Source: Oscillospiraceae bacterium (GTDB lineage Bacteria; Bacillota; Clostridia; Oscillospirales; Ruminococcaceae). From it: a stretch of 57,850 nt of DNA. A program made the position numbers and the translations under genes. The DNA is taken from assembly GCA_024699425.1 (NCBI GenBank), contig JAILPP010000135.1:1-57850 (forward strand). The letters are read 5' to 3'. Shown one piece after another: positions 35,712-45,269 of this stretch; within the stretch, counting starts at the first letter, position 1, and each line of letters begins with the position of its first letter. The notes under the pieces are model-generated. The model searched no databases. It was given only the letters and a program-made list of their open reading frames with translations, and was not told the origin of the DNA.

Positions 35712-38273
35712 ATGGCAAAGAAGATCAAGATCTCGGAGGCTGCGAAAGACTTAAGGATCTCCGCAAAGGAGCTGGCAGCTTTCTTAGAGGAAAAGTTCGG
35801 CGGTAAGAAAACCACCAGTTCTTCCATGACAGAGGAGGAGCTGAACCTCGTTCTCGAATATTACACACAGAAAAATGCAGTAGATAATTTCGATGCTTAC
35901 TTTGCAAGCAGAAATATGCCCCGTCCTGCCGAGGAAGAACCCAAGGCAGAGAAGAAGGAAGAAAAGAAACCGCCCAGAAAGAAGCACGAGAAAAAGCCTG
36001 CGCCCAAGGTCGAGGAGAAGTCTGCACCCAAGGTCGAGGAGAAGCCTGTTCCGAAGGCAGAGGAAAAGCCTGCACCCAAGGTCGAGGAAAAGCCTGCGCC
36101 CAAGGCAGAGGTGAAGCCTGCTCCGAAGGCAGAGGAAAAGCACGCTTCCAAATTTGAGGAGAAGCCCGACTTCAAGGCTGCCAAGCAGCGCAAGGAAGAG
36201 AAGAAAAAGGCAAAGCAGTCCTCTCAGCCTCATGTGGAAAAGACCCGTCTCGGCAGCGTGATCGGTGAGGGCAAGACCGAAGTCACCGAACAGCGCAGAA
36301 CCGTCGATACCAGGGGCAGCTATGTCGATCTCGACAAGTACAACGAACGCTATGAGCAGATCGCAGGGTCTGACAAGCGGCGGGATAATGCCTCTACCAA
36401 GAAGCAGAAGATCAACCAGAAGTCCGCACAGCGCAATAAGGGCAAGCAGGGCAGCCGCAAGCAGGAAACCGAGGCACAGCGTCTCTCCCGCATGGAGCTG
36501 GAACGTGCCCGCAAGCAGCAGCTCAAGGTCAAGATTCCCGACAACATCACTGTCGGTGAGCTGGCAACCCGCCTGAAAGTGACCGCTTCCAAGGTCATCG
36601 GCAAGCTCATGGGTCTGGGCGTGATGGCTTCGATCAATGAGGAAATCGATTTCGATACCGCAAGTCTCGTTGCCGAGGAGCTGGGCGCAAAGGTGGAAAA
36701 GGAAGTCGTTGTCACCATCGAGGAACGTCTGATCGAGTCCGAAGAGCATGACGATGAGAACCAGCAGCCCCGTCCGCCTGTCGTTGTCGTTATGGGTCAC
36801 GTTGACCACGGTAAGACTTCCATCCTTGACCGCATCCGTCATGCCAATGTCACCGCTTCCGAAGCAGGCGGCATTACCCAGCATATCGGCGCTTATCAGG
36901 TCAAGCACAACGATCAGGTCATTACGTTCCTCGATACACCCGGTCACGAGGCGTTCACGTCCATGCGTGCAAGAGGTGCGAATATCACCGATATTGCGAT
37001 TCTTGTTGTCGCTGCCGATGACGGCATCATGCCGCAGACGGTAGAGTCGATCAACCATGCCAAGGCTGCGGGCGTTTCCGTGATCGTTGCGATCAACAAG
37101 ATGGATAAGGAAGCTGCCAACCCCGACAGAGTTCTCCAGCAGCTCACCGAATACGGTCTGGTCTGCGAGGAGTGGGGCGGCGATACCATCTGTATCCCCG
37201 TTTCTGCAAAGACGGGCATGGGCATTGATGATCTGCTGGAAAATGTCCTGCTCGTTGCCGAGGTCAAGGAGCTGACCGCCAACCCCGACAGACTTGCCAA
37301 GGGTACTGTCATCGAGGCAAGACTCGACAAGGGCAGAGGTCCCATTGCAACACTTCTTGTACAGAAGGGTACACTTCACACGGGCGACATCATCATTGCA
37401 GGCACATCGGTCGGCAAGGTGCGTGTGATGACCAACTACAAGGGCAAGCCCGTCAAGGAGGCAGGTCCTTCCGTTCCGGTTGAGATCACAGGTCTGGACG
37501 AAGTGCCGAGTGCTGGCGATACGTTCAATGCCGTGGAAGATGAGCGCCTTGCAAGAACGCTTGTGGAGCAGAGAAAGCACGAGCAGAAGGAAGCACTGTT
37601 CCAGAGCAGCACCACCAAGCTCACACTCGACAACCTGTTCAGCCAGATCGAAGAAGGTCAGACCAAGGAACTGCCCATCATCGTCAAGGCGGACGTACAG
37701 GGCAGCGCCGAGGCGGTCAAGGCATCGCTGGAGAAGCTCTCCAATGATGAAGTGCGTGTGCGTGTCATTCACTCCGCCGTCGGTGCGGTCAAGGAAAGCG
37801 ATGTCATGCTTGCCAATGCATCCAATGCGATTATTGTCGGCTTCAATGTGCGCCCCGATAACGGTGCGGCGGAAAGTGCTGCCCGTGACGGCGTGGACAT
37901 CCGTCTGTATCGTATCATCTATGATGCCATCGAGGAGATCACAACGGCGATGAAGGGTATGCTTGCTCCGAAATTCCGTGAAGTGATGCTCGGCAAGGCA
38001 GAGGTGCGTGAGATCTACAAGATTTCCAGTGTCGGTACGGTTGCAGGTTCTTATGTACTGGAGGGCAAGCTCACCAACAAGAGTCAGATCCGTGTTGTGC
38101 GTGACGGTATCATCGTGGCAGACGATCACATTGCAGGCTTGCAGCGTTTCAAGGATGCGGTCAAGGAAGTCGCATCCGGCTATGAGTGTGGTATTTCGCT
38201 GGAGAAGTTTGCCGACATCAAGACAGGTGATATTTTCGAGGCATATATCATGGAGGAATATCAGCCGGAATAA
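35712..38273 (+). CDS. infB: Translation initiation factor IF-2
   Basis: [10 protein letters not shown]-domain and conserved C-terminal domains. ATG at 35712 has a GGAGG upstream. The track ORF starts at a TTG two codons earlier. Confidence 0.95.
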   Translation: MAKKIKISEAAKDLRISAKELAAFLEEKFGGKKTTSSSMTEEELNLVLEYYTQKNAVDNFDAYFASRNMPRPAEEEPKAEKKEEKKPPRKKHEKKPAPKVEEKSAPKVEEKPVPKAEEKPAPKVEEKPAPKAEVKPAPKAEEKHASKFEEKPDFKAAKQRKEEKKKAKQSSQPHVEKTRLGSVIGEGKTEVTEQRRTVDTRGSYVDLDKYNERYEQIAGSDKRRDNASTKKQKINQKSAQRNKGKQGSRKQETEAQRLSRMELERARKQQLKVKIPDNITVGELATRLKVTASKVIGKLMGLGVMASINEEIDFDTASLVAEELGAKVEKEVVVTIEERLIESEEHDDENQQPRPPVVVVMGHVDHGKTSILDRIRHANVTASEAGGITQHIGAYQVKHNDQVITFLDTPGHEAFTSMRARGANITDIAILVVAADDGIMPQTVESINHAKAAGVSVIVAINKMDKEAANPDRVLQQLTEYGLVCEEWGGDTICIPVSAKTGMGIDDLLENVLLVAEVKELTANPDRLAKGTVIEARLDKGRGPIATLLVQKGTLHTGDIIIAGTSVGKVRVMTNYKGKPVKEAGPSVPVEITGLDEVPSAGDTFNAVEDERLARTLVEQRKHEQKEALFQSSTTKLTLDNLFSQIEEGQTKELPIIVKADVQGSAEAVKASLEKLSNDEVRVRVIHSAVGAVKESDVMLANASNAIIVGFNVRPDNGAAESAARDGVDIRLYRIIYDAIEEITTAMKGMLAPKFREVMLGKAEVREIYKISSVGTVAGSYVLEGKLTNKSQIRVVRDGIIVADDHIAGLQRFKDAVKEVASGYECGISLEKFADIKTGDIFEAYIMEEYQPE
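35994..36167 (+). repeat. Imperfect tandem coding repeats (APKVEEKP-like x7) in the IF-2 N-terminal region
   Basis: [50 protein letters not shown] read from the translation. Confidence 0.7.
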
Positions 38274-38480
38274 GAGCCTGTTTTGCATCTTCTGACCTTC
38301 ATCATATTTGCAGAAATGGCGATATATAGCCAAAGTGAAGCTCGGTGAATCTCTTTTCCCATCCTTATACACAGAGAAAAAAATAAAAAATTTTCTTCTC
38401 TGTAAAAGGTATGGAAACAGGCTTCACTGACCTTCACTCTTTCAGAAAAACGGCGATATATAGCGGAAAGGATGATTTGC

Positions 38481-38786
38481 ATGGAATATACACGCATGAG
38501 TACCAAGGATATGCTCCAGTACTGTGATGAGGCTCTGGCATGGGATCAGTTCGGTCCTGTGGACATCTTCTTCTTTGAATCCGTCAAGCGCATTCTGCTG
38601 GGGCAATGTTCTGCTGTCGAAGCACCGCAGCCGGAGGAACAGGACGAACTGAAAGACATCGAAACGCCCGTCCCCGCTGAGGAGCTGATCTCCTATGACG
38701 ATCAGGCTGCCCTGCTTACGGAAGCGATCGCTTCCGAAACCTTCTTCGACAGCAGCGAAACTTATACGATCACAGAGGAGGCATAA
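38481..38786 (+). CDS. Hypothetical acidic protein occupying the ylxP position
   Basis: 101 aa from MEYTRMSTKDML. GAAAGGA RBS lies 8 nt upstream. Its stop is 1 nt before the rbfA ATG. I see no resemblance to DUF503/YlxP. Confidence 0.4.
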   Translation: MEYTRMSTKDMLQYCDEALAWDQFGPVDIFFFESVKRILLGQCSAVEAPQPEEQDELKDIETPVPAEELISYDDQAALLTEAIASETFFDSSETYTITEEA

Positions 38787-38787
38787 T

Positions 38788-39165
38788 ATGCCCAGCTTTA
38801 AGAATCACCGTATGTCTGAGGACATTCATCGGGAACTTACCGACATTCTCCGCAGTGTCAAAGACCCCCGTGTCAGCAATATGCTGTCTGTGGTACGGGT
38901 CGATCTGAGTCAGGACGGCTCACACTGCAAGGTGTTCGTTTCCAGCCTGCGCGGGTGGGACGATACCGTGGAATCGGTCAGGGGACTGAAAAGCGCTGCG
39001 GGCTTTATCCGCAGAGAACTGTTTGCACGTCTGAAAATGCGCAAGAGTCCGGAACTGCACTTCATCGCCGACGATTCCATCGAACGGGGCGCAGAAGTTG
39101 CCCGCAAACTCGAACGCATGGCAATCGCAGAACAGGAGGAATCCGATGACACCGATCAGTATTGA
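38788..39165 (+). CDS. rbfA: Ribosome-binding factor A
   Basis: ...RMSEDIHRELTDILRSVKDPRV...VRVDLSQDGSHCKVFVS. Confidence 0.9.
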   Translation: MPSFKNHRMSEDIHRELTDILRSVKDPRVSNMLSVVRVDLSQDGSHCKVFVSSLRGWDDTVESVRGLKSAAGFIRRELFARLKMRKSPELHFIADDSIERGAEVARKLERMAIAEQEESDDTDQY

Positions 39166-40099
39166 GGAGACAGCGGCGTTTCTCACACAGTGCAAAGATG
39201 CATATATCCTGATCCACCGTTCGCCCGACGGCGACTGCATCGGCAGCGGCTACTCCCTGCAAGCCGTCCTGAAACAGTTCGGCATACGCTCCAGAGTGCT
39301 GTGTGATGACCCCATTCCGCACCGCTTCGGCTACCTGCTCCCCGATGAAGAAGAAGAGGACTTTGAGCCGCAGTGCATTCTTTCGGTCGATGTGGCGGAC
39401 GAGGCACTGTTCGGCAGTTTGCAGGAGCGATTCGCAGGAAAAGTCGATCTCTGCGTGGATCATCATGTCTCCAACAACGGCTATGCCGCAAGGCTTCTGG
39501 TCGAACCGGAGGCATCGGCTGCGTGCGAAGTCCTCTACAAGGTCTATCGGGCAATGGGCGTGAAGATGAACAAACAGATCGCCATGTGCCTGTATACCGG
39601 CATTGCGACCGATACCGGCTGCTTCAAGTACAGCAACGCTTCCGCCGACACGCACCTGATCGTCTCGGAAATCATGCGGGAATTTCCCCATATCCGCTAT
39701 GATCTCATCAATCGGGAAATGTTCACGGTCAAGACACGGGGACAGCTTGCGGCGGAAACTTTCATGCTCCGGAATATGGAATACCACGCAGACGGACGCA
39801 TCACTATCGTCTGGGCAACCAAGGCGATCTGCGAACAGCATGGCGTGGACGTGAAGGATATGGAAGGTCTGACTTCCCTCGGCTTGCAGCCTGAGGGCGT
39901 GGAAGTCGGCATTACCGTGCGGGAACGGGAGAACGGTGAATTCAAAGTCTCCATGCGTTCGGCAAGAGATGTCAACGTGTCTGCGATCTGTCAGTCCCTC
40001 GGCGGCGGCGGTCACGTCAAAGCGGCAGGCTGCACCGTTTCGGGGACAATAGACGAAATGCGGCGCACACTCCTTGCCGCAGTGGAGGCGGTACTATGA
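39146..40099 (+). CDS. nrnA: DHH/DHHA1 phosphoesterase (NrnA-like oligoribonuclease/pAp phosphatase)
   Basis: HRSPDGDCIGSG, DHH (VDHH) and GGGGH motifs. Confidence 0.8.
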   Translation: MTPISIEETAAFLTQCKDAYILIHRSPDGDCIGSGYSLQAVLKQFGIRSRVLCDDPIPHRFGYLLPDEEEEDFEPQCILSVDVADEALFGSLQERFAGKVDLCVDHHVSNNGYAARLLVEPEASAACEVLYKVYRAMGVKMNKQIAMCLYTGIATDTGCFKYSNASADTHLIVSEIMREFPHIRYDLINREMFTVKTRGQLAAETFMLRNMEYHADGRITIVWATKAICEQHGVDVKDMEGLTSLGLQPEGVEVGITVRERENGEFKVSMRSARDVNVSAICQSLGGGGHVKAAGCTVSGTIDEMRRTLLAAVEAVL

Positions 40100-41007
40100 A
40101 CGGTATCCTGCTTGTCAACAAGCCCGAACGCTGGACTTCGTTCGATGTGATCGGCAAGCTGCGGGGCGTTCTGCACATGAAACGTCTCGGTCATGCCGGT
40201 ACACTTGATCCGATGGCAACCGGCGTTCTGCCCGTCTTTGTCGGCTACGCAACAAGAGCCTGCGGTATGCTCCCCGATGATACCAAGTCGTATACGGCAG
40301 GTTTCCAGCTCGGTCAGGTCAGCACAACGCAGGACTGCACAGGCGAAATTCTCGAAACCAAGGACTTTTCCGACATCACCGCCGTGCAGATCACACAGGT
40401 TCTCTCCCATATGACGGGACTTGTTCCGCAGCTTCCGCCCATGTACTCGGCTTTGAAAGTGAACGGTCAGAAACTCTATGATCTGGCAAGAAAAGGAAAG
40501 ACGGTTGAACGTCAGCCCAGAACCGTGCGCATTGAAAGCCTGACGCTCACGGCATTTGACCCCGTTGCGGGTACGGGCATCATCGAGATCACCTGCGGGG
40601 GCGGGACTTATGTCCGCACCATTCTGCACGATATGGGGCAGGCACTCGGCTGCGGGGCGCTCATGACTTCGCTTTGCCGCACGGTTTCCAACGGTTTCCC
40701 GCTTCAGCGCTGCCTGACCCTTGAACGGGTTCAGGAACTGGCGGAACGGGAGCAGATCGGGTCGATTCTCATTCCGCTGGAAGAGGTGTTCTCCTCTCTG
40801 CCGCCGCTGCATCTTGACTTGCAGCAGACAAGACTGTACCGCAACGGCGTGAAACTTGCACTCGATTCACTGACACTTCCGGATGCGGAGCGTTATGCTG
40901 TGTTCGGTGCAGCGGAGGGATTTCTCGGCACGGCGCTTGCCGACCGTGAGGCGGGTGTTCTTCGCATTGAACGCAATCTCTGTCCGCCTGCGGAGGTCAC
41001 GGAATGA
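40096..41007 (+). CDS. truB: tRNA pseudouridine(55) synthase
   Basis: MNGILLVNKPERWTSFDV...GHAGTLDPMATGVLPV. Confidence 0.92.
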   Translation: MNGILLVNKPERWTSFDVIGKLRGVLHMKRLGHAGTLDPMATGVLPVFVGYATRACGMLPDDTKSYTAGFQLGQVSTTQDCTGEILETKDFSDITAVQITQVLSHMTGLVPQLPPMYSALKVNGQKLYDLARKGKTVERQPRTVRIESLTLTAFDPVAGTGIIEITCGGGTYVRTILHDMGQALGCGALMTSLCRTVSNGFPLQRCLTLERVQELAEREQIGSILIPLEEVFSSLPPLHLDLQQTRLYRNGVKLALDSLTLPDAERYAVFGAAEGFLGTALADREAGVLRIERNLCPPAEVTE

Positions 41008-41900
41008 GCCGCACGGCGGTCGCTCTGGGACTGTTCGACGGTGTTCACCTCGGACACAGGGCGGTGCTTGGTGCGGCGGCTGCCCGACAGCAGGAAGGTC
41101 TGCTTCCCGCTGCTTTCACCTTTCAGCCCGAATTTGCAGGGCAGAAGGGTGCTGTCGGTTTCCTCTACACGGCGGCACAGCGGGAAGAGATCCTGCGGGA
41201 AGAATGCGGCATTCCGGAAGTGCTGTCGCTGTCGTTTGCGCAGGTCGGTTCTCTTTCCGGAGAAGAGTTTGTTCGGGGCATTCTGTGTGAGCGCATGAAT
41301 GCCGTCTTTGTTGTCTGCGGGGAGGATTTCCGTTTCGGCAGAGGTGCGGCGTGGAATGCCGATGCTCTGCGGGAGTTTGGCAGAAGATACGGATTTGCCG
41401 TGCAGGTCGTTCCGGCGGTCTGCAAGGACGGCGGGGTGATCTCATCAAGCCGCATCCGCAGTCTGCTGTCGGACGGCAGAATCTGTGAGGCAAATGCCCT
41501 TCTCGGCGCTCCCTATCAAATCTGCGGGAAAGTGCTGCACGGGGCGCACCTCGGTCACACCATCGGGTTTCCGACGATCAACCAGAACTTTGCACAGGGA
41601 CAGCTTGTTCCGCACTTCGGGGTCTATGCCTCGGAGACGATCACGGCACAGGGATGCTTTCTCTCTGTGACCGACATCGGGGTCAAGCCCACGGTCGGGT
41701 ACAGCGGTCTGCCCCTCGCAGAGACACATATCCTCGACTTTTCCGGCGACCTCTACGGTCAGGTAATCACCGTGCGGCTGCTGCATTTCCTGCGGGAAGA
41801 ACAGCGTTTTGACAGCCTCGATGCTCTGCGCTCCCGCCTTTCTGCCGACGCAGACCGATGCAGACAGCTTTCAGGGAATTATCATGGACTTAACACATAA
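41004..41900 (+). CDS. ribF: Bifunctional riboflavin kinase / FMN adenylyltransferase
   Basis: ALGLFDGVHLGH...GKVLHGAHLGHTIGFPTIN.... Confidence 0.9.
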   Translation: MSRTAVALGLFDGVHLGHRAVLGAAAARQQEGLLPAAFTFQPEFAGQKGAVGFLYTAAQREEILREECGIPEVLSLSFAQVGSLSGEEFVRGILCERMNAVFVVCGEDFRFGRGAAWNADALREFGRRYGFAVQVVPAVCKDGGVISSSRIRSLLSDGRICEANALLGAPYQICGKVLHGAHLGHTIGFPTINQNFAQGQLVPHFGVYASETITAQGCFLSVTDIGVKPTVGYSGLPLAETHILDFSGDLYGQVITVRLLHFLREEQRFDSLDALRSRLSADADRCRQLSGNYHGLNT

Positions 41901-41952
41901 GACAACTATAATAAGATAGTATGCGGAATGCAGAAAGGGGAGGATTTCCTAT

Positions 41953-42918
41953 ATGATAGAAGTCAGACATCTGACGAAACATTACGGCGATAAGAAAGCC
42001 GTCAATGATATCAGTTTCACCGTGCATGACGGTGAAATTTTAGGCTTTCTCGGACCCAATGGTGCGGGTAAGTCTACCACGATGAATATGCTCACCGGTT
42101 ACATCTCTTCCACGTCCGGACAAGCGATCATCAACGGCGTGGACATTCTGGAAGATCCGATCGCTGCCAAGCGCAATATCGGCTATCTGCCCGAAATTCC
42201 GCCGCTGTATCTTGATATGACGGTGAAGGCATATCTCAATTTTGTATACGATCTCAAAAAATGCAGACTGCCCAGACGTTCCCACCTCAAGGACGTGCTG
42301 ACGCTCTGCAAGGTCAAGGACGTGGAGGAACGGCTCATCCGCAATCTCTCCAAGGGCTATAAACAGCGTGTCGGTCTGGCACAGGCGCTCATCGGCAACC
42401 CGCCCGTACTGATTCTCGATGAACCGACCGTCGGTCTTGACCCCAAGCAGATGGTCGAGATCCGCACGCTGATCAAGCGGCTCGGCAAGAATCATACGGT
42501 CATTCTCAGTTCTCATATCCTTTCGGAGATTCAGGCGGTCTGTGACCGTGTGATCATCATCAACAAGGGCGTTGTGGCTGCCGATGATACGGCGACCAAC
42601 CTTTCCGATCAGGTCACGACCGATCACCGTGTCGTTGCCCGCATCGAGGGCGAGAAGGCTGCCGTCCTGCAAGCCATCCGCACGATTCCCGGCATTAAAT
42701 ATGTCCGTGCCGATATGGAACGTGAACCCGGTATCTGGGAATTTGAGATGGAAGCACAGCCCGGTCAGGACATCCGCCGTGACATCAACCGCATCGCACG
42801 GGAAAATGACTGGAATATTCTCCTGCTCAAAACCATGGAAATGACCCTTGAGGATATCTTCCTCAAGATCACCATGGGCGAACAGGTCGAGATGAACAAA
42901 AAGGGAGGTGCGCAGTAA
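41953..42918 (+). CDS. ABC transporter ATP-binding protein (GldA-like)
   Basis: Walker A GPNGAGKST, signature LSKGYKQR, Walker B ILDEPT. Confidence 0.88.
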   Translation: MIEVRHLTKHYGDKKAVNDISFTVHDGEILGFLGPNGAGKSTTMNMLTGYISSTSGQAIINGVDILEDPIAAKRNIGYLPEIPPLYLDMTVKAYLNFVYDLKKCRLPRRSHLKDVLTLCKVKDVEERLIRNLSKGYKQRVGLAQALIGNPPVLILDEPTVGLDPKQMVEIRTLIKRLGKNHTVILSSHILSEIQAVCDRVIIINKGVVAADDTATNLSDQVTTDHRVVARIEGEKAAVLQAIRTIPGIKYVRADMEREPGIWEFEMEAQPGQDIRRDINRIARENDWNILLLKTMEMTLEDIFLKITMGEQVEMNKKGGAQ

Positions 42919-43622
42919 TGGGAGCAATCTATCGCAGAGAAATCGGCGCATTCTTTACTTCAAGTATTGCGTATACGTTTCTGACGGTGTTTTTCAATGT
43001 GGCAGGGTTCTTCTTCACGATGAATAACCTTTCCGCAGGCGCAACCGATCTCATGGGCATATTTTCCATGATGTTTGTCGCTTCGGTCATCATGATCCCC
43101 ATTCTGACCATGCGGCTGTTCAGCGAAGAAAAGAAACAGCGCACCGAACAGGGTCTGCTCACCGCACCTGTCTCCCTCACAGGCATCGTGCTGGGGAAAT
43201 ACTTTGCCGCACTGACGGTCTACATCATTGCGGCTTCCGTGGTGTTCTTCTACGGCATCATCATGAGCCTGTTCGGTACGGTGGCATGGATGACGCTCTT
43301 TTCCAATTTCATTGCCATGGTTCTGGTGGGGGCGGCGTTTATCGCCGTGGGACTGTTCGTCTCGTCGCTGACGGAAAATCAGGTCGGGGCAGCGGTCGGC
43401 GGTATCGTCTGCCTGCTGGTGCTGCTGCTGAGTGATCTGGCAGCCCCCCGCATTCAGGTCGAATGGATTCAGAAACTCCTCGTCGATCTGAGTTTCTATG
43501 CAAGATATTATGAATTTACCTGCGGCATTTTCAACCTCTCCAGTGTGCTGTTCTTTATCAGCACGGCGGTGCTGTTCAACTTCTTCACCGTGAGAGTGTT
43601 TGAGAAACGCCGCTGGAGTTAA
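42918..43622 (+). CDS. ABC-2 type permease (GldF-like)
   Basis: Six predicted TM segments, with ATGA-type coupling to the ATPase gene. Confidence 0.75.
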   Translation: MGAIYRREIGAFFTSSIAYTFLTVFFNVAGFFFTMNNLSAGATDLMGIFSMMFVASVIMIPILTMRLFSEEKKQRTEQGLLTAPVSLTGIVLGKYFAALTVYIIAASVVFFYGIIMSLFGTVAWMTLFSNFIAMVLVGAAFIAVGLFVSSLTENQVGAAVGGIVCLLVLLLSDLAAPRIQVEWIQKLLVDLSFYARYYEFTCGIFNLSSVLFFISTAVLFNFFTVRVFEKRRWS

Positions 43623-43634
43623 GGAGGCGGGAAT

Positions 43635-45269
43635 ATGGCTGAGAACGAAACAGAAAAGCAGGAAACGGTCACAGAACCGTCCCTTTCCGATCAGAAACCC
43701 GCAGAACAGCCCGCCAAGCCGAAGAAAAAGGTCAACCTTGCTGCACGCAAGAAACTCAAATACGGCGGTATTGCCACAGCGATCACCTGTATCGTAACGG
43801 CAGCGGTCATCGGCGTGAATGTGCTGGTCAGCCGTGTGGTTGAAAAATATCCGCTGAAAATTGACCTGACGGAAACCGGTATGTATGAGATCTCCGATGA
43901 GAGCCGCAATTTCTTGCAGGGAATGACAAAAGATGTCAATTTTACGGTTCTCATGAGCGAAACGAATTTCAATACCAGCGGTATCAATATGAAGATGGTC
44001 TCTGAACTGCTGGATCGTTATGCACAGTATTCCGATAAGGTTCACCTGAGCTATGTTGACCCCACAACACACCCCGATGTGGTCAACAACTATCAGCAGA
44101 ACTATTCCGGTACGTTGCAGGAGGGGGACATCATTGTCTCCGATGCGGCGGACGATTCCAAGATGCGTGTGGTCAGCGTGGGCAGCCTGTTCAGCTATGA
44201 CCAGCAGAAACTCATGGCAGCACGCTACTACGGACAGGGCACTGTGGAAGATGCCGTCACGGGCTTTTCCGGGGAACAGAACCTCACGGCAGCACTGCTT
44301 TACGTCACCGATGCCAACCCCGTCAAGGTCGGGTTCATCGACAAGGCGAACGGTCAGCCGTTGTATAATTCCCAGTTCCACGGCTACGCTGTCAATATCA
44401 TGGCAACGACACTCGCCAAGAACGGCTACGATGTGCAGTCGATCGATCTCTACAAGGATCAGCTTGACCCGTCTGTATATGATATGCTCATTCTGCCCGC
44501 CCCCGTCAATGACCTGACGGCAACCGCAGTGGACAGCATTTCCGCATTTCTCTTCAATGACGGCAGCTATGACCGCAACCTCATCTATGTGGCAGACTTC
44601 ACACAGGGCAAAACGCCCAAAATTGACGAACTGCTCGGCACATGGGGTGTGGAAGTAACCAGAAATCTTGCATTGGAGGGAAAAACCGATGCCGCACAGC
44701 AGGTGACACTTGCCGTGGGTCCTGCGGCAGTCCCGCTGGCAACGGTCGCAGATACGGCATACGCCGAGGGCATGGCAAATGACAGCCTGCCGATCGTCGC
44801 ACCGCTTTGCCGTCCGATCACACTGCTCTGGGAGTCCAGATCAGGCGGTATCACGTCTGCACTTCTGAAAAGTTCCGAAACCGTTTACCTCAACGAGATG
44901 GGTGCGCAGGAGGAGAATCCCGACAAGTCCCCTGTCGGTGCGCAGAACGTCATGGCAATGACCACCCGCAGCGAGATCATCGACAATGTGAAGCATTCGA
45001 GCAATATCATGGTACTCGGTTCCATGATGCTGCTTGACCCCAACGTGATGCAGGATGCCGCCTATAACAATGCGTCCTTCTTCATCAGCGCATCCAATAC
45101 CATGAACGGCAAGGGCGCAGGCATTGTCATTGCCGAAAAACAGCTCACTTCACAGAAACTTACCATGTCTGCTGGCAGTATGCGGGGCGCAATCTTTGCT
45201 GTCTTTGTACTGCCGATGCTCGTGGCAGTCACAGGTGTGGTCGTGATTATGAGGAGACGCAACAAATGA
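43635..45269 (+). CDS. GldG-like ABC-transport auxiliary protein
   Basis: N- and C-terminal TM anchors flank a large extracytoplasmic domain. This is the typical gene order after a GldA/GldF-like pair. Confidence 0.65.
   Translation: MAENETEKQETVTEPSLSDQKPAEQPAKPKKKVNLAARKKLKYGGIATAITCIVTAAVIGVNVLVSRVVEKYPLKIDLTETGMYEISDESRNFLQGMTKDVNFTVLMSETNFNTSGINMKMVSELLDRYAQYSDKVHLSYVDPTTHPDVVNNYQQNYSGTLQEGDIIVSDAADDSKMRVVSVGSLFSYDQQKLMAARYYGQGTVEDAVTGFSGEQNLTAALLYVTDANPVKVGFIDKANGQPLYNSQFHGYAVNIMATTLAKNGYDVQSIDLYKDQLDPSVYDMLILPAPVNDLTATAVDSISAFLFNDGSYDRNLIYVADFTQGKTPKIDELLGTWGVEVTRNLALEGKTDAAQQVTLAVGPAAVPLATVADTAYAEGMANDSLPIVAPLCRPITLLWESRSGGITSALLKSSETVYLNEMGAQEENPDKSPVGAQNVMAMTTRSEIIDNVKHSSNIMVLGSMMLLDPNVMQDAAYNNASFFISASNTMNGKGAGIVIAEKQLTSQKLTMSAGSMRGAIFAVFVLPMLVAVTGVVVIMRRRNK

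Noticed and set aside
35784-38372. 862-aa ORF antisense to infB. Similar long antisense ORFs lie opposite nusA (33954-35498), the ATPase gene (18551-20452), the GldG/DUF4340 genes (42960-44381 and 45806-47152) and mtaB (16778-17977).
   Set aside because: Each lies opposite a gene with an unmistakable conserved product. Their translations are low-complexity (rich in R/L/G/C/H/D), have no recognisable motifs and lack RBSs. Open antisense frames are an expected by-product of codon bias in moderately GC-rich genes.
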